In this document: in pieces, positions 1 to 9,001 of the stretch
How the letters are laid out: each line of letters opens with the position of its first letter
Numbering within the stretch: position 1 is the first letter of the stretch
Origin: Gammaproteobacteria bacterium
Lineage (GTDB): Bacteria; Pseudomonadota; Gammaproteobacteria; Tethybacterales; CBDBMS01
NCBI GenBank assembly: GCA_965207545.1
Contig: CBDBMS010000003.1
Location: forward strand, 1,064,510-1,128,509
Reading direction: 5' to 3'
Length of the DNA stretch: 64,000 nucleotides
Notes under the pieces: generated by a model
What the model was told of the DNA's origin: nothing
Databases searched by the model: none
Seen by the model: the letters and a program-made list of their open reading frames with translations, nothing else
Translations under genes and position numbers: made by a program

Positions 1-619
1 CATCAACCAGTTCTTCCAGAAAAACGCCGGTCATTTGCCTAAGGGCGCCGGCTGGATTGGACAATGGCCCCAAAACATTGAATATTGTCCTCACTCCGAG
101 CTCTTTTCTAACCGGAGCGGCGTACTTCAGGGACGAGTGATGATTGGGAGCAAACATGAAACCTATTCCAATGGTTTCTATGGCCTCGGCGATCCGGTCG
201 GGAGTCATCAAAGGTATGCTGGCTCCCAAAGCCTCCAGCAAGTCAAAGCTGCCGCTTGTTCCGCTTAGGGCCCGGTTGGAGTGCTTTGCGATTCTGACAC
301 CGGCTGCAGCCGCTATGAACGCCGCCAGTGTGGAAATGTTGAAAGTGCCTTTGCCATCCCCTCCTGTACCCACTACGTCAACAACCGTGTCGGGATCAAC
401 ACCTTTGACCGGGAGAGCATGTTCTCTCATAACTTCCACGGCCGCGACAATCTCGCCTTTCGTTTCCCCTTTTGCACGCAGGGCAACCAGAAACCCTGAA
501 ATCTGCACGGGGGTCCACTCATTTTCAAGCATGGCACGAACCGCGCTCTTCATAATGCTTGAATCCAGGTCGGTCTTCTCCAAAAGACTGGCCAGTGTTT
601 CGCTAAAAGAAAGTGTCAT
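1..619 (-). CDS. trpD: Anthranilate phosphoribosyltransferase TrpD, partial. The N-terminal ~206 aa are present and the C-terminus runs off the window start.
   Basis: Reverse-strand translation from the ATG at 617-619 gives MTLSFSETLASLLEK...VVDVVGTGGDGKGTFNISTLAAF...FMFAPNHHSSLKYAAPVRKELGVRTIFNVLGP, with the TrpD GTGGDG and NHH motifs. It is absent from the ORF track because there is no stop in the window. The listed + ORF 144..644 is its antisense artefact. Confidence 0.85.
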   Translation of the reverse strand, partial: MTLSFSETLASLLEKTDLDSSIMKSAVRAMLENEWTPVQISGFLVALRAKGETKGEIVAAVEVMREHALPVKGVDPDTVVDVVGTGGDGKGTFNISTLAAFIAAAAGVRIAKHSNRALSGTSGSFDLLEALGASIPLMTPDRIAEAIETIGIGFMFAPNHHSSLKYAAPVRKELGVRTIFNVLGPLSNPAGALRQMTGVFLEELVD

Positions 620-1211
620 GTCAAAACAATATCCTGTTCGCTGAAAAGTGTCTTCCTGTTCCTGTCTTGCTTCGGCCGAGCCTGTTTCCATTCATGTAGT
701 GACAATATCACTGTATTCCAAACCGTCAGGATATTTCGTGACTGTCCTGGAACAGGTCATGTAACATGAACAATACGGTGTCCTGTCAAGCGAGGTGCAT
801 TTGGATTGTAGCAGTAAACAGACATTCGGAATCCAAGGCTTTCACATCCTACCTGCAAACTGCGATAGCGCCAGATTGCGACTGAAGCTTTCGGGAGACA
901 GGCACATCATGCCGGCAGTTGCAGCCTGCCTTTTCCGCCGGCATCTGGCTATGGCGTGCAGCATCTTGGGGAAGCAAGCTTGACTTCTGTTCGCCTATTG
1001 CGAAACGGATCGAAAGGGGAAATGCTATATAAAAAAGTTTTTAGCTAATTTTTCTCTTTTGGTGAATTATGTTAAAATGCATTATGGAAGATGATGAAAA
1101 AAGCGCTTTGCTTCAGCGTCGAATGGCTTTTTACATGATGGTACGGCTGGGATTTATGCCGCAATTTGAATTTGAGGAAGTGGCGCAACATCATTACTGA
1201 TAGAAAAAATC

Positions 1212-1844
1212 ATGGTGAAGAAGAAAAAAAGTAAAGTTCAACGCTTTACCCCCGAGCAGATAGTGAGTTTTCTTAAAGAGGCGACGTCCGGAGTCTCTGT
1301 CGCTGAATTGTGCCGAAGGCACGGATTTAGCAGTCCGTCGTACTATCTATGGAAGCGCAAATATGGGAGGAATGTCTCCTCAGGGTCAGCGAAGGGAAGC
1401 GCCGGATCCCTGTTGAAAAAAGCGCCTTCACTGGCAAAAACCCGCAGACAGATTGAGAAGTTTGTGGAAACGTTCGAAAGCCTGGTTACAAGCATTAGGA
1501 GCATCCACGATCTTCTGCAATCTGAAGGCTTGTCCAGGGGTGGAAAAGCGAAGCCCAAGTCCGCAAGAAAAGCCGCTGGTCGAACCGCCGCAAAAAGAAA
1601 GGCAGGTTCAGGCAGGAAGCGTGTATCCGCTACCGGTAGGAAAAGGGGAAGAAAAAGCCGGCATGCCGGCAAGATGCTCGTCCCTGTTGTAAAGAGCAAT
1701 CCGAGACGTAAAGGAAGCATGAGCTGGAAGAACTTCAAGCTTTACGGAAAAGAAGGCATCTCCTATGAGAACTATCGCGACAAGGGAGGGAAATCGCATG
1801 ACTTGGAGCGTGACATCAAGGACAAATACGTTCAGGTCAAATAG
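1212..1844 (+). CDS. Hypothetical DNA-binding protein with an IS3-family OrfA-like HTH N-terminus (HTH_Tnp_1-like) fused to a Lys/Arg-rich histone H1-like tail. There is no orfB.
   Basis: The N-terminus KVQRFTPEQIVSFLKEATSGVSVAELCRRHGFSSPSYYLWKRKYG matches the IS3/IS407 OrfA HTH pattern (RFT.EQ...L......G.SV.E.CR.HGIS..T.Y.W..KYGG). The C-terminal ~110 aa are KAKPKSARKAAGRTAAKRKAGSGRKRVSATGRKRGRKSRHAGK-type basic low complexity. Upstream, 1020-1211 is AT-rich. No DDE transposase or terminal inverted repeats were seen nearby. Confidence 0.6.
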   Translation: MVKKKKSKVQRFTPEQIVSFLKEATSGVSVAELCRRHGFSSPSYYLWKRKYGRNVSSGSAKGSAGSLLKKAPSLAKTRRQIEKFVETFESLVTSIRSIHDLLQSEGLSRGGKAKPKSARKAAGRTAAKRKAGSGRKRVSATGRKRGRKSRHAGKMLVPVVKSNPRRKGSMSWKNFKLYGKEGISYENYRDKGGKSHDLERDIKDKYVQVK

Positions 1845-1947
1845 GCGGCGGACGCACTAAAGCCTGCCACTTGGCTGGTTAATGATCCTTGGGTATCGGC
1901 TCATCCTCTTTCCTGAACGTCGTGGTCACTGCCAAAATGGATTTTCA

Positions 1948-3021
1948 TCACGTCTTCCTTGCATCTGATTCACGTTTCAACAGGGTTTTCTTACGTTCAA
2001 CGCCCCATCTGTAGCCGCTAATATCCCCATTGCGGCATACAGCCCGATGACAGGGAACTACCACTGCAATGGTGTTGGCTGCACATGCTCCCGCCACTGC
2101 CCGCGCTCCGCCGGGACATCCTATGTTCTCTGCCAGTTCGGCATAGCTTATGGTGTTTCCGCTTGTCACCTTCCTTAGCTCCCGCCAGACTCTTTGCTGA
2201 AAGAAAGTGCCGCGGATATCAATCGGGATCCCACGGACATCACCAGAGATTTCGATCAGGGTGGCAATTCTGGCAGCTAGTGCGGCCAACCCGGATTCAT
2301 CATGTCTAACAGAAGCCTTTGGGAACCGTTCACTAAGCTTTTTCCGGAGAGAGGTGCGCCTGCCGAATTCCAGAAAGCAGATTCCCTTTTGCGCTACAGC
2401 GGCCAGCATTTCACCTAGACTTGTTGGCACAAATGTGTAGCGAAGAAGTTCCCCTGCACCGCCTTTTAAGAGCTTCCTTGGATGCATGCCGAGAAAGTCA
2501 CTGTCTGCGTATGCCTTGGAACTGCTGCCGTAGCCGGAATCAAAAATGGCATTGGTCACCGAATCGCAGTCGGACAGTGCATTCAGGAACTGATGCCGGC
2601 GAAGCGCCAAGGCGTACTGCTTGGGTGACAGTCCGGCATGCGCCTTGAACAGTCGCTGAAAGTGTCCGGGACTCAGTCCCGCGGCATTGGCAAGCGCCTT
2701 TAGGGGGACATTGCCCTCCTGCCTCATTCTTTCGCAAGCCTGCGATATCGCATCTGCATGAGGAATGGCTTCGAGGCTCTTGTCCGGGGAACACCGACGA
2801 CAGGGGCGAAAGCCTGCCTTTCCGGCTTCCGAGGGAGTTCTGAAAAACAATACGTTCCGGCGCATTGCCAGGCGCGACGGACAGCCGGGACGGCAGTATA
2901 CGCCTGTCGAACGAACAGCATAGACGAACTTTCCGTCGACGCTCCTGTCTCGACGGCAGACTGCGTCCCACCACTTGTCCTCTTTGACATGGATGTTCCT
3001 TTCAGGACTGTTACGCTGCAT
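1948..3021 (-). CDS. ada: Bifunctional Ada: N-terminal methylphosphotriester-DNA methyltransferase/AraC-type regulator plus C-terminal O6-methylguanine-DNA methyltransferase.
   Basis: N-terminus MQRNSPERNIHVKEDKWWDAVCRRDRSVDGKFVYAVRSTGVYCRPGCPSR shows the Ada Zn-Cys4 domain. An AraC HTH lies in the middle. The C-terminus has the VPCHRAV active-site motif. The ATG at 3021 was chosen by alignment to Ada; the track ORF runs to 3132. The start overlaps the eamA stop by 11 nt. Confidence 0.85.
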   Translation of the reverse strand: MQRNSPERNIHVKEDKWWDAVCRRDRSVDGKFVYAVRSTGVYCRPGCPSRLAMRRNVLFFRTPSEAGKAGFRPCRRCSPDKSLEAIPHADAISQACERMRQEGNVPLKALANAAGLSPGHFQRLFKAHAGLSPKQYALALRRHQFLNALSDCDSVTNAIFDSGYGSSSKAYADSDFLGMHPRKLLKGGAGELLRYTFVPTSLGEMLAAVAQKGICFLEFGRRTSLRKKLSERFPKASVRHDESGLAALAARIATLIEISGDVRGIPIDIRGTFFQQRVWRELRKVTSGNTISYAELAENIGCPGGARAVAGACAANTIAVVVPCHRAVCRNGDISGYRWGVERKKTLLKRESDARKT

Positions 3022-3949
3022 GGTCGGCTCCGCGCCTCCTTGTCCATAAACGTCCGTCAATCGCCGCAAGGCCGGCGCCAATGAGTGCCATGCCCATGAA
3101 ATGCCTTGTCTGCAACTCCTCCTCAAGAACAAGAAAGCCTAGGAGAACTGCGCTGACCGGAACAAGAAACGTCACTAGCAGGACGTTGGTTGCCCCCGAT
3201 GTTGCCAGTATGCGGAAAAACAGGATGTAGGCCAACGCCGTCGACAGGATCGCGATGCCGGCAAGCGAGCCAACAACCTCAAGTCCCGGCACGGGAAGAT
3301 TCCATGGCCGATCCACAGCCAGCATGAGCGGCAGAAGAATAACGCTTGACGCGGTTACCTGGCCAGTTGCAGTCGCTATCGGGGACATTCCCATCTTCCC
3401 GAAGCGACGTCCAAAGCTTGCGGCAATGCCATAGGAAAGCGACGCTCCCAGACAGGCGACCTGTGCCCACACATCGACGCCTATTTCCTTGAGGAGATCG
3501 CTTCCGATGATCACGACCACTCCGGCAAAGCCTAGAGCCATTCCCAGCATCCTCCCGCTGGTGATTTTCTCGTCAGATGTCATCCAGTGGGCGACGATCA
3601 CGGTGAATATCGGCGTGGTTGCATTGAAAATCGATGCCAGTCCGGACGCTATGTACCCTTGGCCCCAGACGATAAGCGAAAATGGAATGACATTGTTCAG
3701 CAGTCCCATCGCCATGAAACATGCCCACGCCTCCTTCGAGACCGGCATGCTCCTGCCCGTCATCCTCATGATAAGGAACAGCGCGGCCGCACCCAGCGAA
3801 ACCCTGAAGAACACAATTGTGAATGTCGGAAGCTCCCGAACTGCAACGCCGTTGAAGAAGAACGCACCGCCCCAGAGCATGGACAGCAGAACCAGAAAAA
3901 ACCAGTCCAGAGGAGCCATCGACCTGTTAATCGTTGGGTTGTCAGACAT
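3011..3949 (-). CDS. EamA/DMT-family (RhaT-like) membrane transporter.
   Basis: A 312-aa, 10-TM hydrophobic protein with duplicated EamA-like halves. It sits between vsr and ada on the same strand. Confidence 0.75.
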   Translation of the reverse strand: MSDNPTINRSMAPLDWFFLVLLSMLWGGAFFFNGVAVRELPTFTIVFFRVSLGAAALFLIMRMTGRSMPVSKEAWACFMAMGLLNNVIPFSLIVWGQGYIASGLASIFNATTPIFTVIVAHWMTSDEKITSGRMLGMALGFAGVVVIIGSDLLKEIGVDVWAQVACLGASLSYGIAASFGRRFGKMGMSPIATATGQVTASSVILLPLMLAVDRPWNLPVPGLEVVGSLAGIAILSTALAYILFFRILATSGATNVLLVTFLVPVSAVLLGFLVLEEELQTRHFMGMALIGAGLAAIDGRLWTRRRGADHAA

Positions 3950-4033
3950 TCAGATATTCCGTTGCACAGTCCATGGGCATATTGTGTGTCTTAAGCCTAG
4001 TGGTTTCATCCTCTTTCTTGCGATCAAACTGCT

Positions 4034-4453
4034 TCATTCATCCTGCAGGCCAAACTTCCCTCTCAAGCTCCTCTCAAGTTTTTCCCTGTCCTTCACCTGG
4101 CACTCCCAGATCACTATGGGCCGCCAGCCAATCCTTCTCAGTTTCCTGATGTTGGCCTTGTCTCTTCTCACATTCCCTTCGAACTTGGCCTGCCAGTAGT
4201 CAACCCTGGTCTTCGGTGTGCTGGCAAGAGGGCATCCCTTGTGGCGATGCCAGAAGCATCCATGAATGAAGATCACGGTCCTGTGCCGGGCAAGAACAAT
4301 GTCGGGCTTGCCTGGAAGGGTCTTGCAGTGGAGCCTGAACCTGAGTCCTAGCGAATGAACGACTTTCCGCACCGCAATTTCAGGAGAGGTGTTGCTTCCC
4401 TTGATGCGGGACATGATCCTGCTTCTGGTCGCCGGATCAAAAATGTCTGTCAT
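4034..4453 (-). CDS. vsr: Very-short-patch repair endonuclease Vsr (T:G mismatch endonuclease).
   Basis: MTDIFDPATRSRIMSRIKGSNTSPEIAVRKVVHSLGLRFRLH...PGKPDIVLARHRTVIFIHGCFWHRH...PKTRVDYWQAKFEGNVRRD...IGWRPIVIWEC is the canonical Vsr signature. The internal ATG at 4453 was chosen; the track ORF extends to 4498. Confidence 0.85.
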   Translation of the reverse strand: MTDIFDPATRSRIMSRIKGSNTSPEIAVRKVVHSLGLRFRLHCKTLPGKPDIVLARHRTVIFIHGCFWHRHKGCPLASTPKTRVDYWQAKFEGNVRRDKANIRKLRRIGWRPIVIWECQVKDREKLERSLRGKFGLQDE

Positions 4454-4627
4454 GGTGACTTCTATAATTCCGGATACCCAGGAAGCATGGCCTGCCAAAA
4501 ACCCGGTTTCCGTATCGATTCATTCTGGCAACCGCGCATCGGCATCATCCTACACCAAGGATACAGTCGCGGTGAGCGGAATCGGCATTCCCACACAAAT
4601 TGTTAGAATCATCTTCTTTACGTCCCA

Positions 4628-5812
4628 ATGTCCGCCGCACAGCCATCTTTCGATACGGATCCTGCACTAGGGATCTATCCTGACCCAATCGCCAAACTTG
4701 TCAGAGGGGAAAACTCACGCGTCTGGGACGACAAGGGGAAGGAATACATTGATTTCAGTGGCGGCGTCGCCACCTTGAGCCTCGGACATGTCCATCCCAA
4801 GCTGACTGCTGCCCTGAACAGGCAGGCATCCAGGATATGGCATACGTCGAACATCTACGCCAACGATGTACGCTCCGAACTGTACAAATCGCTGTGCGAC
4901 CGGACCTTCGCCGACCGTGTGTACCTGTGCAACAGTGGAGCCGAGGCGAACGAGGCCGCACTCAAGCTTGCGCGGCGGCGGGGACTGGCGATCGGTCCGG
5001 ACAAGGACAAGGTGGTCAGCTTCAGCGGAGGCTTCCATGGAAGAATCGGATTCTCGCTGGCGGCATCTCCGAATGTCGACATGGGAAGGATCTTCGGTCC
5101 GCCTGACGGGTTTGTTGAACTTCCGTTCAATGACATTCCAGCAGCAAGAAAGATGATCGACAGGAACGTCTGCGCTGTGATTGTTGAGCCGGTTCAGGGC
5201 GAAGGCGGTGTCAACATGGCAGACACGGATTTTCTTGTTGAACTGCGCAAAATTTGCGATGAGTGCAACGCACTGCTGATCTTCGACGAGATCCAGTCGG
5301 GTGTGGGACGTACGGGCGCGCTTTACCGCTACATGGAAATTGACGTCGTCCCAGACCTCCTCACTTCGGCCAAGGGGCTTGGCGGTGGCTTTCCGGTTGC
5401 TGCAATGATGGCAAGTGAACCGGTCGCGCAGTCTCTTGGAGTCGGCGAGCACGGCACCACCTACGGCGGCAATCCGATGGCCTGTGCTGTCGCACTGGCG
5501 GTTCTGGAGGAGGTTGGCCAGGCGGACTTTCTGGAGCGGGTTCGGAACAGTTCGAAACGGTTCTCGGAAAAGCTTGACGGGATCAATTCACGGCAGACAT
5601 GTTTCGATGAGATTCGGATATCAGGCCTGCTCATAGGCTGCGACTTCAACAAGGGGAAAGTGGCGGACTTTCTGCCCATAGCGGCAGGTCATGGCGTACT
5701 GGTCATCAAGGCCGGAGCAAACGCCATTCGCCTGGCGCCTCCACTCGTCATCACCGACGAGGAGATTGACGAGGGAATGGAGAGGTTGGAACAGGCTCTT
5801 AGGAGCCTGTAG
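4628..5812 (+). CDS. argD: Acetylornithine/succinylornithine aminotransferase (class III PLP aminotransferase).
   Basis: 394 aa with IFDEIQSGVGRTGALYRYMEIDVVPDLLTSAKGLGGGFPVAAM, typical of ArgD/AstC. Confidence 0.8.
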   Translation: MSAAQPSFDTDPALGIYPDPIAKLVRGENSRVWDDKGKEYIDFSGGVATLSLGHVHPKLTAALNRQASRIWHTSNIYANDVRSELYKSLCDRTFADRVYLCNSGAEANEAALKLARRRGLAIGPDKDKVVSFSGGFHGRIGFSLAASPNVDMGRIFGPPDGFVELPFNDIPAARKMIDRNVCAVIVEPVQGEGGVNMADTDFLVELRKICDECNALLIFDEIQSGVGRTGALYRYMEIDVVPDLLTSAKGLGGGFPVAAMMASEPVAQSLGVGEHGTTYGGNPMACAVALAVLEEVGQADFLERVRNSSKRFSEKLDGINSRQTCFDEIRISGLLIGCDFNKGKVADFLPIAAGHGVLVIKAGANAIRLAPPLVITDEEIDEGMERLEQALRSL

Positions 5813-5857
5813 AGCGAACTTGGAGACGCCAGTTCGCCGGAGGCAAAAGGGTTCCTG

Positions 5858-6508
5858 CTAGTGAAGGCCTGAGATGTACTCGGACACGGCCTTGATGTCC
5901 TCTTCGCTTAGACGGGAGGCGATCTGGTTCATCACCACATTTGCCCTTGTCCCATTACGGAATTCAAGCAGGGTGGTTGTGGTGTATTCGGCGTACTGTC
6001 CGCCTAGGCGCGGATAGGCTGGCGGGATGCCTATGCCTGCAGGGCCGTGGCAGCCCAGACAGGCAGGCGCACCCGTCTCAGGAACTCCCCCGCGGTAGAT
6101 TTCGCGCCCCCTGGCAACGAGAGCCTCGTCGGTCGCTCCTGCAAGAATTGCAGGCTGCTCTTGAAGGTAGAGCGCTATGTTGATCATGTCCTGTTTGTTG
6201 AGTCCTAACGACATTCCAAGCATGACCGCATTCTTTCGCACGCCCTCCTTATAGTGTTCAAGCTGCTCGTAGACATATTCCGGATGCTGCGCCGCAAGTA
6301 TCGGCTGCGTCGGCACCTGGCTGGCTCCCATTGGTCCGTGGCAGGTGGCGCAGACCTGGTTGTACTTGGTCTTTCCGGCTTTCGGATCGCCATCAAGGAT
6401 TCCGTTGGCGCCGTCACCATATGCAAGCTGTGCATAGCCGACTCCTGCAAGCAGAAGCGTCAGCAGAATGATCCAGGTTGATTTTCCGGTTTCCGGCACT
6501 AGCGACAT
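5858..6508 (-). CDS. Dihaem cytochrome c4.
   Basis: Signal peptide plus two CxxCH motifs (CATCHG and CLGCHG) in a ~200-aa periplasmic protein. The ATG at 6508 is preferred over the track's TTG at 6514. A hairpin lies at ~5813-5836, shared with the convergent argD 3' end. Confidence 0.8.
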   Translation of the reverse strand: MSLVPETGKSTWIILLTLLLAGVGYAQLAYGDGANGILDGDPKAGKTKYNQVCATCHGPMGASQVPTQPILAAQHPEYVYEQLEHYKEGVRKNAVMLGMSLGLNKQDMINIALYLQEQPAILAGATDEALVARGREIYRGGVPETGAPACLGCHGPAGIGIPPAYPRLGGQYAEYTTTTLLEFRNGTRANVVMNQIASRLSEEDIKAVSEYISGLH

Positions 6509-6615
6509 TGACAATCTAGAGGTTGCGGTGATTTTATCCCACTACCACCGTTCTTCCAATATGTTGGGCGCCATCGGCGGATAAATCCCTCTCCTTCGTT
6601 CCAGGTCCACATCCG

Positions 6616-7224
6616 CTATAGAGCAAACAAGCCAATCGAAGAAAGCAGGAGAAGAGCTCCCATGGCCCGGTTGTATGCCCTGACATGCCTTGGCTTCTTT
6701 AGCATGTATGACAGTGCGGCCCCGAAGCCTGCCCAGGCATTGGCCGAAATGACCGACACGATGACTGCACTGGCGATCAGGGCAAACATGTGTGCAGATA
6801 GGAAACCCTGGTCGGGATCGCTGTATAGCGTCAGCATGCTGACGCACACCGTCCACGCCTTGGGATTGATCCACTGGAACATCAGGGAAAACAAGAAGCC
6901 CGGCGGCTTCGCCCTTTTCTCTCCGATCTCAACCTCCGCAGTTGCAACCTTGTACGAGAGCCAGGCCAGCATGCACAGGGAGACAATCTCGAATGTTCCA
7001 CGCAGTTCCGGAAAGGCGCTGAACACCTGATGCACACCAAGCCCAATACACGACAGCAGCATGGGAAAGCCCACTACTACGCCCATGATGTACGGAATGG
7101 TGAGTGCATAGCCATGTCTCACCACACTTGACGAGATGACAATGTTGTTGGGGCCCGGAGTCATCGCTCCGGTAAGCAGGAAAACCGACGCAGGAATCAC
7201 CGACGTCGCAAGGTCAGGGTTCAT
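6616..7224 (-). CDS. LysE/RhtB-family amino-acid exporter.
   Basis: 202-aa 6-TM protein with the LysE-type N-terminus LTGAMTPGPNN. Confidence 0.8.
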   Translation of the reverse strand: MNPDLATSVIPASVFLLTGAMTPGPNNIVISSSVVRHGYALTIPYIMGVVVGFPMLLSCIGLGVHQVFSAFPELRGTFEIVSLCMLAWLSYKVATAEVEIGEKRAKPPGFLFSLMFQWINPKAWTVCVSMLTLYSDPDQGFLSAHMFALIASAVIVSVISANAWAGFGAALSYMLKKPRHVRAYNRAMGALLLLSSIGLFAL

Positions 7225-7227
7225 GGC

Positions 7228-8421
7228 CTATTCCATGAACAGGCTGATCAGGTCGTTCATGTGTCTCCAGCCCAGCTCGGTGGCACGGACATTTCCATCC
7301 CTACTGCTGGCCAAACCTCTGCTTTCCGCATCTCCGACCCGTTCCACGACTTCGGAAAAGCTGATCCCGCACAGGTGCACCGGATCCTTGATGTTGAAAC
7401 CCTCCCTGATGCGAAAGGCGTTCAGCGCAAACTCAAAGAGTCTCTCTCTGACCGGAACAGTCCAGCGCCTGCAGGCGCTTTCCCCTGCAAGCATCTTGCG
7501 CATGTAGCTCGCCGGCGAATGGACCCTTTCGGTGCGCTCGATTCCGCTTTTGCGGGTGAGCTTGCCGTGTGCGCCGCATCCTATTCCGACATAGTCGCCA
7601 AACCGCCAGTAGTTCATGTTGTGAACGCACTGCCGCCCCGGACGGGAAAATGCCGAGATCTCATACTGGCTGTACCCCTCGCTCTCCAGGCATTCGGCGA
7701 CTGCATCGGAGATGTCAGCCTGGTCGTCAAGACCGGGAAGCTTGGGAGGATGCCGCTCAAACACTGTTCCCGGCTCTATGGTCAGGTTGTAGGCCGATAT
7801 GTGTGGGGGAGCGTACTCGCAGGCGGTGCGGACATCCTGTACCGCCTGGCTGAGTTCCTGTTCGGGAAGCGCATGCATCAGGTCGATGTTGACGTTGTCA
7901 AGGGTCTCAAGCGAATCCTCAATGCATCTTCTGGCCTGAGCGCCATCGTGGATGCGGCCGATCAGTGAAAGCATGCGGTCGTCAAAGGTCTGCACGCCAA
8001 TCGAGATGCGGTTGATCCCGGCGGACCTCAGTTCCCGGACCTTGCCGCTCTCAACTGTTCCGGGGTTCGCCTCAACCGTGATCTCCGCCCCGGGAACAAT
8101 CGGAACGAGAGCGCGAATATCGGCAAGCAGGCCGTCCATCGCCTTGGCTGAAAACAGGCTTGGAGTGCCGCCGCCGAAATAGACGCTTCCTATCCTGCGA
8201 CCCCATATGTTCGGCAACTCGTCCTGCAGATCGCACACCAAAGCCCGGCAGTAGTCCCCCTCTGGAATGTCGCCTTTTGCAACATGCGAGTTGAAGTCAC
8301 AGTAGGGACATTTGCGTACACACCAGGGAATGTGGACATAAAGGGACAGTGGCGGCAGCGCCAGTTCCAAGGCGCCGGCATCGGCAATCCCGATTGGCGC
8401 ATCAACTGGTACGGATGCCAT
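7228..8421 (-). CDS. hemW: Radical-SAM haem chaperone HemW (HemN-like, oxygen-independent coproporphyrinogen III oxidase family).
   Basis: LPPLSLYVHIPWCVRKCPYCDFNSH carries the radical-SAM CxxxCxxC motif plus a HemN C-terminal domain. The start at MASVPVDAP (8421) overlaps rdgB by 20 nt. The track ORF extends to 8550; start uncertain. Confidence 0.8.
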   Translation of the reverse strand: MASVPVDAPIGIADAGALELALPPLSLYVHIPWCVRKCPYCDFNSHVAKGDIPEGDYCRALVCDLQDELPNIWGRRIGSVYFGGGTPSLFSAKAMDGLLADIRALVPIVPGAEITVEANPGTVESGKVRELRSAGINRISIGVQTFDDRMLSLIGRIHDGAQARRCIEDSLETLDNVNIDLMHALPEQELSQAVQDVRTACEYAPPHISAYNLTIEPGTVFERHPPKLPGLDDQADISDAVAECLESEGYSQYEISAFSRPGRQCVHNMNYWRFGDYVGIGCGAHGKLTRKSGIERTERVHSPASYMRKMLAGESACRRWTVPVRERLFEFALNAFRIREGFNIKDPVHLCGISFSEVVERVGDAESRGLASSRDGNVRATELGWRHMNDLISLFME

Positions 8422-9001
8422 GCTCTTCAAGACCCTTGACCAAGGCGGCAAGAGCCTTGCCCCTGTGGCTAACCCGGTTCTTCTCGCCAATTTCCATCTG
8501 TGCTCCCGTCTTGCCTGAAACCGGATCGAAAAAGACCGGATCATAGCCAAAGCCTCCGGTGCCGTGGCGTTCCCTCGTCACCAGCCCTCTCCATATCCCT
8601 TCGGCTATGATTGGAGCAGGATCCTGCACATTACGGACAAACACCATGCTCGCATGATAATGGGCGTTCCTGTTCCCATGACCTTCCATCTCGCGCAACA
8701 GCAACTCAAGATTGGCCTCGTCGTCCGCATCAGGACCGGAATACCTGGCTGAACGGACGCCCGGTGCGCCGCCGAGCACATCCACGCAGATTCCCGAATC
8801 ATCCGCAATGGCAGGCAGTCCGCTCGCCTGTGCGACATGCCGGGCTTTCGCCAGCGAGTTTTCGACAAAGGTCGCATGGATCTCATCGGCCGGTTCTATG
8901 CCAAGTTCGCCTTGGGTCGCCAACTCGATGCCGCTTTTTCCAAGCGCCAGGCGCACCTCCCTGATCTTTCCCTCGTTGCCGCTAGCCACCACCACTTTCA
9001 C
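8402..9001 (-). CDS. rdgB: dITP/XTP pyrophosphatase RdgB (Ham1 family).
   Basis: (M)KVVVASGNEGKIREV...GFGYDPVF is the Ham1 signature. It uses a GTG start overlapping the rlmH stop (GTGA). Confidence 0.85.
   Translation of the reverse strand: MKVVVASGNEGKIREVRLALGKSGIELATQGELGIEPADEIHATFVENSLAKARHVAQASGLPAIADDSGICVDVLGGAPGVRSARYSGPDADDEANLELLLREMEGHGNRNAHYHASMVFVRNVQDPAPIIAEGIWRGLVTRERHGTGGFGYDPVFFDPVSGKTGAQMEIGEKNRVSHRGKALAALVKGLEEHGIRTS

Noticed and set aside
144-644. 166-aa + strand ORF at the window start
   Set aside because: Low-complexity Ser/Thr/Ala/Pro translation lying exactly antisense to the well-supported trpD reading frame. It is a typical GC-rich antisense artefact.
1212-1844. 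Intact IS3-family insertion sequence
   Set aside because: Only an OrfA-like HTH is present. There is no frameshift window, no DDE transposase ORF and no terminal inverted repeats within 2 kb. It is treated as a domesticated or remnant domain rather than a mobile element.
3489-4199. 236-aa + strand ORF spanning eamA and vsr
   Set aside because: Antisense to two supported genes and crosses their intergenic gap. No family signal.
4715-5452. 245-aa - strand ORF inside argD
   Set aside because: Antisense of a conserved aminotransferase. No motifs.
7261-7968. 235-aa + strand ORF inside hemW. Similar cases: 10410..11069 in lapB, 22763..23650 in the DapA-family gene, 57498..58223 in GT4, 48349..48888 in frmA, and 63144..63698 in yhdP.
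   Set aside because: All lie antisense to genes with strong family support and have no recognisable domains. They are consistent with high-GC antisense ORF inflation.
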